From positions 864-64,863 of the forward strand of contig DASZBD010000025.1 of assembly GCA_035944475.1 (NCBI GenBank): a DNA stretch of 64,000 bases, given 5' to 3'. The notes under the pieces are model-generated. The model worked only from the letters and a program-made list of their open reading frames with translations, was not told the DNA's origin and did no database searches. The position numbers and the translations under genes are program-made. This document shows, piece after piece, positions 40,922-52,316 of this stretch (the first letter of the stretch is position 1; every line of letters starts with the position of its first letter). The DNA comes from Microvirga sp. Lineage in GTDB: Bacteria; Pseudomonadota; Alphaproteobacteria; Rhizobiales; Beijerinckiaceae.

Positions 40922-41662
40922 ATGTCCGATCCCCTCGTTCTCATCCCGGCGCGGCTTGGCGCCACGCGCCTGCCGAACAAGCCGCTGGCCGACATCGCGG
41001 GCGAGCCCATGGTGGTGCATACCTGGCGGCGGGCCTGCGAGGCCGGCATCGGGCCGGTGGCCGTGGCGACCGACGCCCCCGCGATCGCCGACGCCGTGCG
41101 GGCGGCGGGCGGGGCCGTGGTGATGACGAGGGCCGACCACCCGTCGGGCTCCGACCGGATCGCCGAGGCCGTCGAGGCCCTCGACCCTGAGGGCCGCCAC
41201 GACGTGGTGGTGAACGTGCAGGGCGATTTTCCGACCATCGACCCGCGCTCCATCGCGGCCGTCGCGGCCCCGCTCCTCGATCCCACCGTCGATTTGGCGA
41301 CCCTCGTCTGCCTCGCCCGGGAGGACGAGCGGACGAACCCCAACGTCGTCAAGATGATCGGCACCGAGGTGGCCCCGGGCCGCTTTCGGGCGCTCTACTT
41401 CACGCGGGCTACCGCGCCCTCGGGCGAGGGGCCGCTCTGGCACCATATCGGCGTCTACGCCTATCGCCGCCGGGCGCTGCAGCGCTTCGTCGCCCTGCCC
41501 CCCTCGCCCCTCGAGATCCGGGAGCGACTGGAGCAGCTGCGCGCCGTCGAGGCGGGGTTCCGCATCGATGCGGTGGCCGTGAACGACGTGCCCTTCGGGG
41601 TCGATACGCCCGAACAACTGGAGGAGGCGCGCCGCCTTCTCGCCGAAAGACCAGGACCATGA
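40922..41662 (+). CDS. kdsB: 3-deoxy-manno-octulosonate cytidylyltransferase
   Basis: [42 protein letters not shown]. Confidence 0.95.
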   Translation: MSDPLVLIPARLGATRLPNKPLADIAGEPMVVHTWRRACEAGIGPVAVATDAPAIADAVRAAGGAVVMTRADHPSGSDRIAEAVEALDPEGRHDVVVNVQGDFPTIDPRSIAAVAAPLLDPTVDLATLVCLAREDERTNPNVVKMIGTEVAPGRFRALYFTRATAPSGEGPLWHHIGVYAYRRRALQRFVALPPSPLEIRERLEQLRAVEAGFRIDAVAVNDVPFGVDTPEQLEEARRLLAERPGP

Positions 41663-42513
41663 CGAAACGCATCTCGTTCCAGGGCGAGCCGGGAGCGAAC
41701 TCCCACATCGCCTGCCAGGAAACCTACCCGGACTGGCAGCCCCTGCCGTGCCCGAGCTTCGAGGACGCCTTCGCGGCCGTGAGCGAGGGGGAGGCGGAGC
41801 TCGCCATGATCCCCATCGAGAACTCCATCGCGGGGCGCGTGGCGGACATCCATCACCTGCTGCCGACCTCCGGCCTCCACATCGTGGGCGAGCATTTCCT
41901 GCCCATCCACTTCCAGCTCATGGCGATCCCGGAGGCCAATCTCGCCACCATCAAGGACGTGTTCAGCCACGTCCACGCGCTCGGGCAGTGCCGCAAGATC
42001 ATCCGCAAGCTCGGCCTCAAGGCCCATGTGGCGGGCGACACGGCGGGCTCCGCGCGGCAGGTCGCCGACTGGAACGATCCCACCCGCGCGGCCCTCTCCC
42101 CCCGCATGGCGGCCGGCATCTACGGCCTCAAGATCCTCGCCGAGGACGTGGAGGACGAATCGCACAACACCACGCGCTTCATCATCCTCTCCCGGACGCC
42201 CCGCTGGACGCCCGCCGGCAACGGCCCCACCGTGACGAGCTTCGTGTTCCGCGTGCGCAACCTCCCGGCCGCGCTCTACAAGGCCCTCGGCGGCTTCGCG
42301 ACGAACGGCATCAACATGACGAAGCTCGAGAGCTACATGCTCGAGGGCGAGTTCCTGGCGACGCAGTTCTACGCCGAGGTGGACGGCCATCCGGACGACC
42401 TCAACCTCAAGCGCGCCCTCGAGGAGCTCGACTTCTTCTCCAAGGAAATGCGGATCCTCGGCGTCTACCCGGCGCACCCGTTCAGGGAGACCGTCAAGGA
42501 CGCGGCGGAGTGA
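41659..42513 (+). CDS. pheA: Prephenate dehydratase
   Basis: [27 protein letters not shown] (ACT domain). Confidence 0.95.
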   Translation: MTKRISFQGEPGANSHIACQETYPDWQPLPCPSFEDAFAAVSEGEAELAMIPIENSIAGRVADIHHLLPTSGLHIVGEHFLPIHFQLMAIPEANLATIKDVFSHVHALGQCRKIIRKLGLKAHVAGDTAGSARQVADWNDPTRAALSPRMAAGIYGLKILAEDVEDESHNTTRFIILSRTPRWTPAGNGPTVTSFVFRVRNLPAALYKALGGFATNGINMTKLESYMLEGEFLATQFYAEVDGHPDDLNLKRALEELDFFSKEMRILGVYPAHPFRETVKDAAE

Positions 42514-42534
42514 GCTTCGCCTGCAGAGACGGAG

Positions 42535-42693
42535 CGCCGCCCCTTGTCATTCCGGGGCGCCGCAGGCGAGCCCGGAACCCATAACCATCAACGGTGCAAA
42601 AGGGAGCGCACTGCGGGCCGAGCGAGATCTCATTCTGCGGCGTTTATGGGTTCCGGGCTCCGCTGCGCGGCCCCGGAATGACAGCGGTGGCGG
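42535..42693. repeat. Palindromic REP-like element, family A (full-length)
   Basis: TGTCATTCCGGGG...GAGCCCGGAACCCATA-spacer-TATGGGTTCCGGGCTC...CCCCGGAATGACA between convergent genes. Confidence 0.88.
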
Positions 42694-42724
42694 CACTTCT
42701 CTCAATTGGAAGAACAGAGCCGCC

Positions 42725-43630
42725 TCAACCCCCCATCCATCCGCGCACGAGGTGATGCGCGATGGCGATGGGGTTGGCGGCGAAGAGGTTGTCCGGGTGG
42801 CGGCCCTCGAGCATCAGGCGGATCTCGTCCCGGTGGAACCAGCGGGCGTCCTCCAGTTCGTCTGCGTCGATGGCGATGTCGGTGGTGAGGGCCTCCGCCA
42901 CACAGCCGATCATCAGCGAGGAGGGGAACGGCCAGGGCTGGGACTGGGCGTAGGCGACGGCGCCCACGCGCACGCCCGCCTCCTCGAACACCTCCCGACG
43001 CACCGCATCCTCCAGGGTCTCGCCGGGCTCGATGAAGCCGGCGAGGCACGAATACATGCCCGGCAGGAACCGCGCCTGCCGGCCGAGGAGGCAGGTGTCG
43101 CCGTGGGTGACGAGCATGATGGCGACGGGGTCGGTGCGCGGGAAGTGCTGGGCGCCGCACCCGGCGCAGTCGCGCCGGAAGCCCGCCTGGGCGGAGGCGG
43201 TGGGCTGGCCGCACTGGGCGCAGAAGCGATGCCGCCGGTGCCAGTCGAGGAGGGACTTCGCCATGGCGAGCAGGCCCTGCTCCTCGTCGGCGACGAAGCC
43301 CCGCATGGCGATGGAGCGCAGGTCCGCGGCCCCGAAGGCGGGGTCTTCCTTGAACCGGTCCGCCGCGTCGGCCGGGTGGAGCGCCGCCGAGACCGGGCGC
43401 TCGCTCCACAAACCGAGGAACACCTCCGCCTCGGGAGGCCCGAGCCGGGCGACGTCGTCCGGGGTCAGGAGGGCGGTGCTCGGGGCCCCGCGGCGCATCA
43501 CCGGGTTTTCGCCCGCGATCACCACGATGCGGCGGTTCGGATCGGCGGCGTGCCGTTCCAGCGCGGCGGGATCCCGCTCCGCGCCGTGGCGGTGGAGGGG
43601 GTTGCGGGCGAATCCGAGGGTGGGCTTCAT
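42725..43630 (-). CDS. nudC: NAD(+) diphosphatase
   Basis: Zn-finger FCAQCG...CAGCG, FPRTDP, Nudix box, SQPWPFPSS. Confidence 0.95.
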   Translation of the reverse strand: MKPTLGFARNPLHRHGAERDPAALERHAADPNRRIVVIAGENPVMRRGAPSTALLTPDDVARLGPPEAEVFLGLWSERPVSAALHPADAADRFKEDPAFGAADLRSIAMRGFVADEEQGLLAMAKSLLDWHRRHRFCAQCGQPTASAQAGFRRDCAGCGAQHFPRTDPVAIMLVTHGDTCLLGRQARFLPGMYSCLAGFIEPGETLEDAVRREVFEEAGVRVGAVAYAQSQPWPFPSSLMIGCVAEALTTDIAIDADELEDARWFHRDEIRLMLEGRHPDNLFAANPIAIAHHLVRGWMGG

Positions 43631-43634
43631 GGGG

Positions 43635-44051
43635 TCACGCGGCGGCGAAGAGGGCGGCCGCGCGCTCCACGAGGGCCTGCGCGGCATGTTCGGGATAGGG
43701 CTTGCGCGTGCCGTGCCCCCAGACGGGGCCCGGCCAGGCGGGATCGGAGCGGAAGCGCCCGACCACGTGGACGTGCAGCTGCGCCACCACGTTGCCGAGG
43801 GCGCCGATATTCACCTTGTCGGGTTTCGAGAGGTCCAGCATCACCCGCGTGGCGATGCGGGTCTCCTCCATCAGCGCCGCCGCATCCTCGCCCGACAGGT
43901 CCGTCACCTCGCTCACGCCCGCGCGCCGGGGCACCAGCACGAACCAGGGAAAGCGGGCATCGTCGAGGAGGAGGACGGAGGAGAGGGCGAGATCGCCGAC
44001 CGGGATCGTATCGCCGGCCAGGCGCGGGTCGAGGGTGAAGCCGGATGACAT
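43635..44051 (-). CDS. HIT family protein
   Basis: GNVVAQLHVHVVGR...DPAWPGPVW. Confidence 0.93.
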   Translation of the reverse strand: MSSGFTLDPRLAGDTIPVGDLALSSVLLLDDARFPWFVLVPRRAGVSEVTDLSGEDAAALMEETRIATRVMLDLSKPDKVNIGALGNVVAQLHVHVVGRFRSDPAWPGPVWGHGTRKPYPEHAAQALVERAAALFAAA

Positions 44052-44146
44052 GAGGCCAACCTAGACGACGGACGGTGCGGACGCACCCGGTTTTCCGCAA
44101 TGGGTCGGGTCTCGCCGGGGCAGCGAGCCAGGAACAGGCGCCGGCT

Positions 44147-44287
44147 CTCCCTCCCCTCAGGGGAGGGTCAGGGTGGGGTATGCCGCGACAGCGGCACTCT
44201 CCTGGGGATGAGGCAGGAACTCGCCTTCGGCGAACACTCCACCCGCCCCGGGCCATGCCCGCGGCACCGTCCCCTGAGGGGAGGGAG
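44147..44287. repeat. Palindromic REP-like element, family C
   Basis: Same layout and core sequence as 31447-31587. Confidence 0.85.
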
Positions 44288-44374
44288 AGCAGCCCTCCAC
44301 GACGCCGTGCACCGGGGCGCGGCGCAACCACCGCTCAGCTTGCGTTTCACCCCCGAACCGCCCATATAGCGGGC

Positions 44375-44470
44375 GGGAGGTTGGCGAGGGACGTCTCACT
44401 CGCCAACCGGGTCAGATCCGGAAGGAAGCAGCCCTAACGAGACCGAACGGGTCTTCGTCCAGCCTCCCAC
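44375..44470 (+). ncRNA. ffs: Signal recognition particle 4.5S RNA
   Basis: TCAGATCCGGAAGGAAGCAGC helix-8 motif; GGGAGG...CCTCCC closing stem; directly upstream of dnaX. Confidence 0.93.
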
Positions 44471-44530
44471 CTTCGCTCCCGTGCCGCGCTCCCGGCCCGG
44501 TCGAGCGCCCGCCCCGCAAAGCCGCACGCG

Positions 44531-46372
44531 ATGGACCAGACCACACCCGGCACGCCCCCTGCAGACGAGCCGGCCCTGCCGGGCTTTGCACCCCCGCCGG
44601 GCGCTTCCTCCGGGGCCACACCCTACCGGGTGCTCGCGCGCAAGTACCGCCCCCGCACCTTCGAGGACCTGATCGGCCAGGAGGCCATGGTCCGCACCCT
44701 CTCGAACGCCTTCGAGACGGGGCGCATCCCGCAGGCCTGGATGCTCACCGGGGTGCGCGGCGTCGGCAAGACCACGACGGCCCGCATCCTGGCGCGGGGC
44801 CTCAACTATCAGCGGGCGGACGGCACCGGTGCGCCCACCATCCACATGCCGGATCTCGGGCTGCACTGCGCGGCCATCATGGAATCGCGGCACGTCGACG
44901 TGCTGGAGATGGACGCGGCGTCCCATACCGGCATCGACGACGTCCGGCAGATCATCGACGGCATCCGCTATTCGCCGGCCTCGGCCCGCTACAAGGTTTA
45001 CATCATCGACGAGGTCCACATGCTCTCCGAGAAGGCGTTCAACGCCTTCCTGAAGACGCTGGAGGAGCCGCCGCCCCACGCGAAGTTCGTCTTCGCGACG
45101 ACGGAGATCCGCAAGGTCCCGATCACCATCCTCTCCCGCTGCCAGCGCTTCGACCTTCGCCGCATCGAGGCGGACAAGCTCGTCGGGCACCTCGCCCGGA
45201 TCTGCCGGGCGGAGGGCGTCGAGGCGTCGGACGAAGCGCTCGCGGCGATCGCCCGGGCGGCGGAGGGCTCGGCGCGCGATTCGCTTTCGCTCATGGACCA
45301 GGCCATCGCCCACGGAGCCGGCGTCGTGACGGCGGACACCGTGCGTGACATGCTGGGCCTTGCCGACCGCTCCCTCGTCATCGACCTCTTCGAGGCCGTG
45401 ATGGCGGGGGACGTGCCGGCGGCCTTCGCCAATCTGCGCCAGCAATACGACGCGGGCGCGGACCCCGCCGTGATCCTCCAAGACCTCGCCGCCTTCTCGC
45501 ACACCGTCACGCGCCTCAAGCTCATCCCGGATGCCGGCAAGGACCCGGCCCTCACGGAGGTGGAGCGGCGCCGTGGCGCCGAGTTCGGGGGAAAGCTCAC
45601 CGTGCGCACCCTCTCGCGGGCCTGGCAGATCCTCCTCAAGGGCATTCCCGAGGTCCAGGCCGCGAACCGCCCCGTCGCCGCCGCCGAGATGGTTCTCGTG
45701 CGCCTCGCCTACGCGGCCGACCTGCCGACCCCCGACGAGGCCCTGCGTGCGCTCAAAGACGGCACCCCGCTGCCCGCCGGTGGCCCCGCGCCGTCCCGGC
45801 CCGCGGGCGGCGGCGGCCCGGCCGCGCATCTCTCCGTCGCAGCCGCCCAGTCCCAGCCCCAGGCCGCGCGCCCCCAGCCCCAGCCCGTTTCCGCCCCAGT
45901 CCCAGCCCAGCCCGTCATCCGCCTGCGCCGTTTCGAGGACCTCGTTGCGCTGGCTGGCGAGCGGCGCGACATACTCATGAAAGCGGCCCTCGAGCGTGAG
46001 GTGCGCCTCGTGCGCTTCGAGGAGGGGCGGCTCGAGTTCAACCTCGCGGAGGGCGCGAGCCGCAACCTGCCGAACGACCTCTCCCGCGCCCTGCAGGACT
46101 GGACCGGCATGCGCTGGATGGTGGCGCTCTCCTCGGAGGAGGGCGCGCCGACCCTCCACGATCAGGCCCAGAAGGCCGCCCGCGACCGCAAGGACGGCGC
46201 CGCCGCCCACCCGCTCGTCCAAGCGGTGCTGACGAAGTTCCCGGGCGCCAAGATCGTCAACGTGGTCGATCGCAGCGAGGCGGAAGCGGGTGCCGAAGCG
46301 GAGATCCTGGGCGAGGACGATGCGGCTGCAGCCCAGGACAGCGACGAGACCGACGACGAGCGTTTCCTATGA
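44531..46372 (+). CDS. dnaX: DNA polymerase III subunit gamma/tau
   Basis: YRVLARKYRP, GVRGVGKTT, IDEVHML, LSRCQRFDL. Confidence 0.97.
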   Translation: MDQTTPGTPPADEPALPGFAPPPGASSGATPYRVLARKYRPRTFEDLIGQEAMVRTLSNAFETGRIPQAWMLTGVRGVGKTTTARILARGLNYQRADGTGAPTIHMPDLGLHCAAIMESRHVDVLEMDAASHTGIDDVRQIIDGIRYSPASARYKVYIIDEVHMLSEKAFNAFLKTLEEPPPHAKFVFATTEIRKVPITILSRCQRFDLRRIEADKLVGHLARICRAEGVEASDEALAAIARAAEGSARDSLSLMDQAIAHGAGVVTADTVRDMLGLADRSLVIDLFEAVMAGDVPAAFANLRQQYDAGADPAVILQDLAAFSHTVTRLKLIPDAGKDPALTEVERRRGAEFGGKLTVRTLSRAWQILLKGIPEVQAANRPVAAAEMVLVRLAYAADLPTPDEALRALKDGTPLPAGGPAPSRPAGGGGPAAHLSVAAAQSQPQAARPQPQPVSAPVPAQPVIRLRRFEDLVALAGERRDILMKAALEREVRLVRFEEGRLEFNLAEGASRNLPNDLSRALQDWTGMRWMVALSSEEGAPTLHDQAQKAARDRKDGAAAHPLVQAVLTKFPGAKIVNVVDRSEAEAGAEAEILGEDDAAAAQDSDETDDERFL

Positions 46373-46391
46373 AGGCGCAGAGGAGGAAGGG

Positions 46392-46712
46392 ATGAAGGAT
46401 CTGATGGGCCTGATGAAGCAGGCGCAGGCCATGCAGCAGAAGCTGCAGGACGCTCAAGCCGAGCTCGAAACGCTCGAGGTCGACGGGGCGTCCGGCGGCG
46501 GCGTCGTCGCCGTGCGGGTCACCGGCAAGGGCGCGCTGAAAGCCATCCAGATCGATCCCTCGCTCCTCAATCCGGAGGAGAAGGAGATCCTGGAGGATCT
46601 CATCGTGGCCGCCATGAACGACGCGCGGGTCAAGGCCGAGCGGGCGGCCCAGGAGCGCATGGCGGACGTGACGAAGGGTCTGCCGCTGCCGCCCGGATTG
46701 AAGCTGTTCTGA
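46392..46712 (+). CDS. ybaB: YbaB/EbfC nucleoid-associated protein
   Basis: MKQAQAMQ, SGGGVV, LEDLIVAAMNDA; dnaX-recR synteny. Confidence 0.95.
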   Translation: MKDLMGLMKQAQAMQQKLQDAQAELETLEVDGASGGGVVAVRVTGKGALKAIQIDPSLLNPEEKEILEDLIVAAMNDARVKAERAAQERMADVTKGLPLPPGLKLF

Positions 46713-46807
46713 GTCCGGTCAATCGGTCGCCGTTGCGTGATCGGCGTGCCGTAACCATCTCAGATGTCGGCGGTTTCGCCGCAAGATCCTGCCCGAATGT
46801 GAGTTGA

Positions 46808-47413
46808 ATGGCCCAGTCCGTTGCCGGTCCCGAGATCGAGCGCCTGATCCAATTGCTGGCGCGCCTGCCGGGCCTCGGCCCCCGCTCGGCGCGCCGAGCG
46901 GCGCTCCACCTCATCAAGCGCCGCGAGACGCTGCTCGGTCCTCTGAGCGACGCGCTGCGCGTCGCGTCCGAGCGCATCGTCGTGTGCGGCCAGTGCGGGA
47001 ACGTCGACACTGCCGATCCCTGCACCGTGTGCCGCGACCCGCGGCGGGACGGCTCCATCCTCGTCGTGGTGGAGGACGTGTCGGACCTGTGGGCGCTGGA
47101 GCGGTCGGGCGCGGTGAGCGCCCGCTATCACGTGCTCGGCGGCGTCCTCTCGCCCCTCGACGGGGTCCGCCCCGAGCACCTGAACCTCGACCGGCTCGTT
47201 TCGCGGGCGGGCGAGCCCGGCGTCAGCGAGGTGATCCTCGCCCTGAATGCGACGGTGGATGGTCAGACGACGGCTCATTACATCACCGAACTGCTCGCGC
47301 ACCTGCCGGTGAAGGTGACGAAGCTCGCGCACGGCGTGCCGGTGGGCGGCGAACTCGACTACCTCGACGAGGGCACCCTCTCGGCCGCGATCCGGCAGCG
47401 CACCGCGTTCTGA
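46808..47413 (+). CDS. recR: Recombination mediator RecR
   Basis: [10 protein letters not shown]4 zinc finger, [16 protein letters not shown]. Confidence 0.97.
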   Translation: MAQSVAGPEIERLIQLLARLPGLGPRSARRAALHLIKRRETLLGPLSDALRVASERIVVCGQCGNVDTADPCTVCRDPRRDGSILVVVEDVSDLWALERSGAVSARYHVLGGVLSPLDGVRPEHLNLDRLVSRAGEPGVSEVILALNATVDGQTTAHYITELLAHLPVKVTKLAHGVPVGGELDYLDEGTLSAAIRQRTAF

Positions 47414-47435
47414 CGAACCGCCCCCGCCGCTGGCC

Positions 47436-47933
47436 CTAGCCCGCCAGGGCGTCGATCTCCTCGTCCGTGAGGCCGCCCGGCACGATGACGATCGGGATCG
47501 GGAACGTGGAGGCGGCCTTCCCGGCGATGGTGCTGACGAGAGGCCCCGGGCCCTCCTTGCCGGAACCGGCGGCCAGCACGAGGAAGGAGATGTCCTCGTC
47601 CTCCGCGATGATCTTGGCGATGCAATCGGCCTTGTCGCCCACGAGCAGAACCTGCTCGGGATCGAGCCCCGCGGCGCTGCGGGCCTCCTTGGCGGCTTCC
47701 GTGAGGCGCTTTTGCGCTTCCTCCTCGGCCTCCGCGATCATGGCCTCCCCGACGCCGATCCACTCGAAATCGTCCGGCGGATCGACGGCGGCGAGCATGA
47801 GCATGCTGGCTCCCGTCCGGCTGGCGCGCCGGGCCGCGAAATGCACCGCCCGATGGCATTCGGGCGTCTCGTCGACCACGACCATGAACTTGGGACGGTG
47901 CCCCGTCTCGAAGGAACGTCGCTTGCCGCTCAA
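47436..47933 (-). CDS. Universal stress protein family
   Basis: KFMVVVDET.E...A..FA, LVLAA...GPGPLVS, PIVIVPG. Confidence 0.88.
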   Translation of the reverse strand: MSGKRRSFETGHRPKFMVVVDETPECHRAVHFAARRASRTGASMLMLAAVDPPDDFEWIGVGEAMIAEAEEEAQKRLTEAAKEARSAAGLDPEQVLLVGDKADCIAKIIAEDEDISFLVLAAGSGKEGPGPLVSTIAGKAASTFPIPIVIVPGGLTDEEIDALAG

Positions 47934-48062
47934 ACGCCCACACCCTCCGCGCCGCCCGATGCTGCCCCGAGATCAGGCCCGCCGTCAAAGGCCGGACTCG
48001 TCCATTTAAGGTGACGAGACCTCAAGACGCGGGCCGGCCCTGCCCATTCACGCGCCATCGCC

Positions 48063-49103
48063 CTACCGGGGCCGGACGAAGCCGACGATGTCCTTGACGG
48101 CCCGCATGGTCTCCTGGGCCATGACGCGGGCCCGGTCGGAGCCGGCGGTCAGCACCCCGTCGATATGGCCGGGATCGGCCATGAGGCGGCGCATCTCGCC
48201 CGCCACCGGCGCGAGCTTCTGCACCGACACGTCCACGAGCGCCGCCTTGAAGGCCGAGAACTGTGAGCCGCCATGCTCGGCCAGCACCGCGTCGACCGTC
48301 GTGTCGGTGAGGGCGGCATAGATCGCGACGAGATTTTCGGCTTCAGGCCGGCTCTCGAGGCCCTTGGCCTCGGAGGGCAGGGGCTCCGGGTCGGTCTTCG
48401 CCTTGCGGACCTTCTGGGCGATGGTGTCGGCATCGTCCGTCAGGTTGATGCGGGAATAATCGGACGGGTCCGACTTCGACATCTTCTTCGACCCGTCCCG
48501 CAGCGACATGATGCGGGTCGCCGGACCCTGGATCAGGGGCTCGGTCAGGGGAAAGAAGGCGTCGCCGAAGCCCTGCCCGGCGATCGAGCCCGCAAAGTCG
48601 TTGTTGAATTTCTGGGCGATGTCGCGGGTGAGCTCGAGGTGCTGCTTCTGGTCCTCGCCCACGGGCACGTGCGTCGCCCGGTAGACGAGGATGTCCGCCG
48701 CCATGAGCATCGGATAGGCGAAAAGGCCGACCGAGGCGTTCTCGCGGTCCTTGCCGGCCTTTTCCTTGAACTGGGTCATGCGGTTCGCCCAGCCCATGCG
48801 GGCGATGCAGTTGAACACCCAGGCGAGCTCCGCATGCTCGCTCACCTGGCTCTGGTTGAAGACGATGTGCTTGGCAGGGTCGATGCCGGCGGCGAGGAAC
48901 GCGGCCGTCACCTCCCGGATCTGCCGCGTCAGTTCCGCCGGATCCTGCCACACGGTGATCGCGTGCATGTCCACGACGCAATAGATGCACTCGTAGACGT
49001 CCTGCATGGCGACGAAGCGCTTGATGGCGCCAAGGTAATTGCCGAGGTGGAGGTTGCCCGTCGGCTGAACGCCCGAGAACACCCGCTGCTGGAACTGCGC
49101 CAT
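48063..49103 (-). CDS. trpS: Tryptophan--tRNA ligase
   Basis: [33 protein letters not shown]. Confidence 0.97.
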   Translation of the reverse strand: MAQFQQRVFSGVQPTGNLHLGNYLGAIKRFVAMQDVYECIYCVVDMHAITVWQDPAELTRQIREVTAAFLAAGIDPAKHIVFNQSQVSEHAELAWVFNCIARMGWANRMTQFKEKAGKDRENASVGLFAYPMLMAADILVYRATHVPVGEDQKQHLELTRDIAQKFNNDFAGSIAGQGFGDAFFPLTEPLIQGPATRIMSLRDGSKKMSKSDPSDYSRINLTDDADTIAQKVRKAKTDPEPLPSEAKGLESRPEAENLVAIYAALTDTTVDAVLAEHGGSQFSAFKAALVDVSVQKLAPVAGEMRRLMADPGHIDGVLTAGSDRARVMAQETMRAVKDIVGFVRPR

Positions 49104-49175
49104 CGTGAAACAAACTGCCTGAGTGAGCTGCCGGGGCGGGTTATGGCCGCGCCGAGCCCCGGAAAGCAAGCACCC

Positions 49176-50696
49176 TCACGCCCTCCCGGCGAGGAGACGC
49201 AGGCTCGAGACGGGCAGGGCGCCCGTCGCGAGGGCCGCGAGGGCATAGACGACGAGCCCGCCCCCGCACAGGCCCGCAAGGCCGAAGGGGCCTGGCCGGC
49301 TGCCGGTCACCGACAGGGCCGCCGTCAGCGCCAGCCCGAGGGCGGCGGTCGCGAGGGCCGTCCGGGCGATGCGGCCGAGGAGGCGCCGGTCGAACCCGAG
49401 AAGGCCGTCGCGCTGGAGCGCGAGGGCGAGCATGCCGGCATGGGCGGCCAATCCCGTCGCGACCGCAAGGCCGAGGCCGGGGGCGCCGAGGGGCGGCATC
49501 AGGACCAGGGAGGCTCCCGCCGTGGCGGCGAGCCCGGCGACAAGGGCCCGCAGGGCGGGCCGGGTCACACCCCTGGCGAACAGGGACTGGGTCAGCACCT
49601 TGCCGGCCGCCGCGAAGGGGAGGCCGAGGCTCATGCCCGCCATTGCCGCCGCCGTGCCGCGTGTGTCCTCCGGCCCGAAGGCGCCCCGCTCGAAGAGAAC
49701 GGCGGCGATGGGTTCGGCCAGGAGCGCCAGGGCGAGCGCTGCCGGCGCGGCGATGAGGAAGCAGGCCGCGAGGGCGGCGTTCTGGGCCGCGACGGTCCGG
49801 CGGTCGTCGCCGGAGGCCTGGAGACCTGCGAGTTCCGGCAGGAGCACGATCCCGATCACGGCGCCGAGGGCGCCGAGGGGCAACTGCACCAGCCGGTCGG
49901 CATAGTAGAGCCACGACACCCCGGAGGGCAGGAAGGAGGCCGCCTGCATGCCGACGAGCACGATGAACTGGGCGGCACCTCCCGCGACGAGGGTCAGCCC
50001 GGCGCCCGCGAGGAGCTTGCGCAAGGCTCCCGACCGGCGCGGGCGCGACAGCCGGATCGGCGGATCGGCGCCCCGGAAGGCGCCGGCCAGAAGGGCGAGT
50101 TGCGCAAAGCCTGCAAGGCTCGCGATGCCGGCAAGCCAGGCGGCGCCCTCGGCGAGCGGGAGCCCCAAAGCGTCGACGGCGACGAGGCCGGTCGCGAGGG
50201 CACCGTTGAGGACGAGCGGGGCGAGGGTCGCCGCCAGGTAGCGTCGGCGATGGTTGAGGACGGCGCTCACCAGGGAGGCGAGGGTGACGCCGACGACGAG
50301 CGGAAAAGCAAGGCGGGTATAGTGGGCGGCGAGGGCCAGCGTGCCGGGATCGTCGGCCAGGCCCGGCGCCAGCGCCAGGACGGCGAGCCCCGCCGTGAGC
50401 TCGACGGCGGCGACGAGGGCGAGGACGAGGACCGCCACGCTTGAGAACACCTCGCCGGCGAACCGCGGCGCCTCGTCAGCCGGGAGCCGGGCGAGGGCGG
50501 GCACCAGGGCCGGGTTCAAGCCGCCCTCGCTCAAGGTGCGGCGGATCGCGTTCGGCAGGCGGAACGCGGCGAGGAACGCATCGGCCACGGGGCCCGCGCC
50601 GAGAACCCCCGCGAAGAGGATGTCCCGCACGAAGCCGAGGATCCGGGACGCGATCGCGCCGGCACCGACGAGGAGGCTTGAGCGGACGGGCAGCAT
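49176..50696 (-). CDS. murJ: Lipid II flippase MurJ (MviN)
   Basis: SRILGFVRD, ADAF.AAFRLPN, LYYADRLVQLPLG, LFERGAF. Confidence 0.93.
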   Translation of the reverse strand: MLPVRSSLLVGAGAIASRILGFVRDILFAGVLGAGPVADAFLAAFRLPNAIRRTLSEGGLNPALVPALARLPADEAPRFAGEVFSSVAVLVLALVAAVELTAGLAVLALAPGLADDPGTLALAAHYTRLAFPLVVGVTLASLVSAVLNHRRRYLAATLAPLVLNGALATGLVAVDALGLPLAEGAAWLAGIASLAGFAQLALLAGAFRGADPPIRLSRPRRSGALRKLLAGAGLTLVAGGAAQFIVLVGMQAASFLPSGVSWLYYADRLVQLPLGALGAVIGIVLLPELAGLQASGDDRRTVAAQNAALAACFLIAAPAALALALLAEPIAAVLFERGAFGPEDTRGTAAAMAGMSLGLPFAAAGKVLTQSLFARGVTRPALRALVAGLAATAGASLVLMPPLGAPGLGLAVATGLAAHAGMLALALQRDGLLGFDRRLLGRIARTALATAALGLALTAALSVTGSRPGPFGLAGLCGGGLVVYALAALATGALPVSSLRLLAGRA

Positions 50697-50740
50697 GGCC
50701 CCGGCTTAAACCCTCGGGCGCCGTTTGTCCCGGCGGGAGA

Positions 50741-51352
50741 TCAGCTCAAGGCGGCCGGCGCGAGGGCGCGCTGCTTGAGGGCAAGGCCGATCTGCCCGTG
50801 GAAGAGCTGGCCGTTGATGATGAAGGACGGGGTCGCCTGGAGCGCCAGCGTCCGGCCGAGGGCAACGCCCGCCTCGTGCCGGGACAGGGCCGCGCCGCCG
50901 GCGCTCGCCTGCGCGAGGCTCGCCCGGTCGGCGCCCTGGCGCTCCGCCAGGGCGAGGGCCCGCTCGCCGCTGGCGCCGCCGAAGCCCCCGAGAAGCGCCT
51001 GGTGGAACGCAAAATAGCGGGCCGGCCCCTGCGCGCCGGCGAAGGCGAGCGCCACGCGCGCCGCCTCGGCGGAGGCCTGGCCGAGCACGCCGTAATTCAC
51101 CAGGATGTAGTTGAGCCGGGGATCGGCGGCGACGAGGGCCTGGAAGTCGCGCAGGGATTGCCGGCAATAAGCGCAGTTGTAGTCGAAGAACTCGATCACC
51201 GTGTTCGGCCCGCCGCCGCTGACGCGGATGCCGAGCGCCGCGGCGCTACGCAGGAGGCCCGGCGCCACGCGGGTCGGGGTCGCGGCGCGGGCGAGCGCCG
51301 GCAGGGCAAGTCCGCCGGCAAGGCCGGCGAGAACGGAACGGCGGTCGATCAT
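50741..51352 (-). CDS. DsbA family thioredoxin-fold protein with Tat signal
   Basis: DRRSVL Tat motif, EFFDYNCAYCR, ATPSFIING. Confidence 0.88.
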   Translation of the reverse strand: MIDRRSVLAGLAGGLALPALARAATPTRVAPGLLRSAAALGIRVSGGGPNTVIEFFDYNCAYCRQSLRDFQALVAADPRLNYILVNYGVLGQASAEAARVALAFAGAQGPARYFAFHQALLGGFGGASGERALALAERQGADRASLAQASAGGAALSRHEAGVALGRTLALQATPSFIINGQLFHGQIGLALKQRALAPAALS

Positions 51353-51417
51353 GGGTCCCCCTGAGCGTCGTTGCCCGGGGGAATGGCGGCCGCTTGAGGC
51401 CGGAATGGGGCGAACCC

Positions 51418-52248
51418 TCAAGCTTCCTCGCCCGTGACCCCGGCGGCATCCTGGGCCTTCAGCACCTCGGGTCGGGGCATCGAGATGATGTTGTAGCCCG
51501 AATCCACGTAGTGGATCTCGCCCGTCACCCCGCCGGAGAGGTCGGAGAGCAGATAGAGGGCCGAACCGCCGATGTCCTCGAGGGAGACCGTGCGCCGCAG
51601 GGGCGCGTGCGCCTTCTGGAACGTGTACATGAGCCGCGCATCGGCGATGCCGGCTCCCGCGAGCGTGCGCACGGGGCCGGCCGAGAGCGCGTTGCAGCGG
51701 ATCCCCCGCGGGCCGAGATCGGAGGCGATGTAGCGCACGGAGGCTTCGAGGGCGGCTTTGGCGACGCCCATGACGTTGTAGTTCGGCATGACCCGGGTCG
51801 AGCCGCCATAGGTAAGGGTGAGGAGCGAGCCGCCGTTCTGCATGCGCCGGGCCGCCCGCTGGGCGATCTCGGTGAAGGAGAAGCAGGAGATCACCATGGT
51901 GCGGGAGAAGTTCTCCCGCGTGGTGGCGTCCACATAGGCGCCCTTCAACTGCGACTTGTCGGAAAAGCCGATGGCGTGGACCACGAAGTCGAGCCCGCCC
52001 CAGCGCGCATCCACGGCCTCGAACAGCGCGTCCACGGAGGCGAGGTCCTCCACGTCGCACGGCACCACGAATTCGGAGCCGAGGGATTGGGCGAGCGGCG
52101 TCACGCGCCGGCCGAGCGCCTCGCCCTGATACGTGAAGGCGAGCTCGGCCCCGTGCTGGCCGAGCGTCTTGGCGATGCCCCAGGCGATGGAATGGTCGTT
52201 CGCGACGCCCATGATGAGGCCGCGCTTGCCCTGCATCAGACCGGTCAT
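51418..52248 (-). CDS. fabI: Enoyl-ACP reductase
   Basis: GVANDHSIAWGIA, YNVMGVAKAALE, SAGPVRTLA. Confidence 0.96.
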   Translation of the reverse strand: MTGLMQGKRGLIMGVANDHSIAWGIAKTLGQHGAELAFTYQGEALGRRVTPLAQSLGSEFVVPCDVEDLASVDALFEAVDARWGGLDFVVHAIGFSDKSQLKGAYVDATTRENFSRTMVISCFSFTEIAQRAARRMQNGGSLLTLTYGGSTRVMPNYNVMGVAKAALEASVRYIASDLGPRGIRCNALSAGPVRTLAGAGIADARLMYTFQKAHAPLRRTVSLEDIGGSALYLLSDLSGGVTGEIHYVDSGYNIISMPRPEVLKAQDAAGVTGEEA

Positions 52249-52316
52249 GGATGGCCCCTTGAAGCGTTGAGGCGCGGCAACGGCCATCAGGGCTCTTCAG
52301 CCGCGCTGAAAACAGC

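Noticed and set aside
44531-46372. Programmed frameshift in dnaX and CCCAG repeats near 45846-45912
   Set aside because: No A-AAA-AAG or poly-A slippery site seen; the repeats simply encode a Gln/Pro linker
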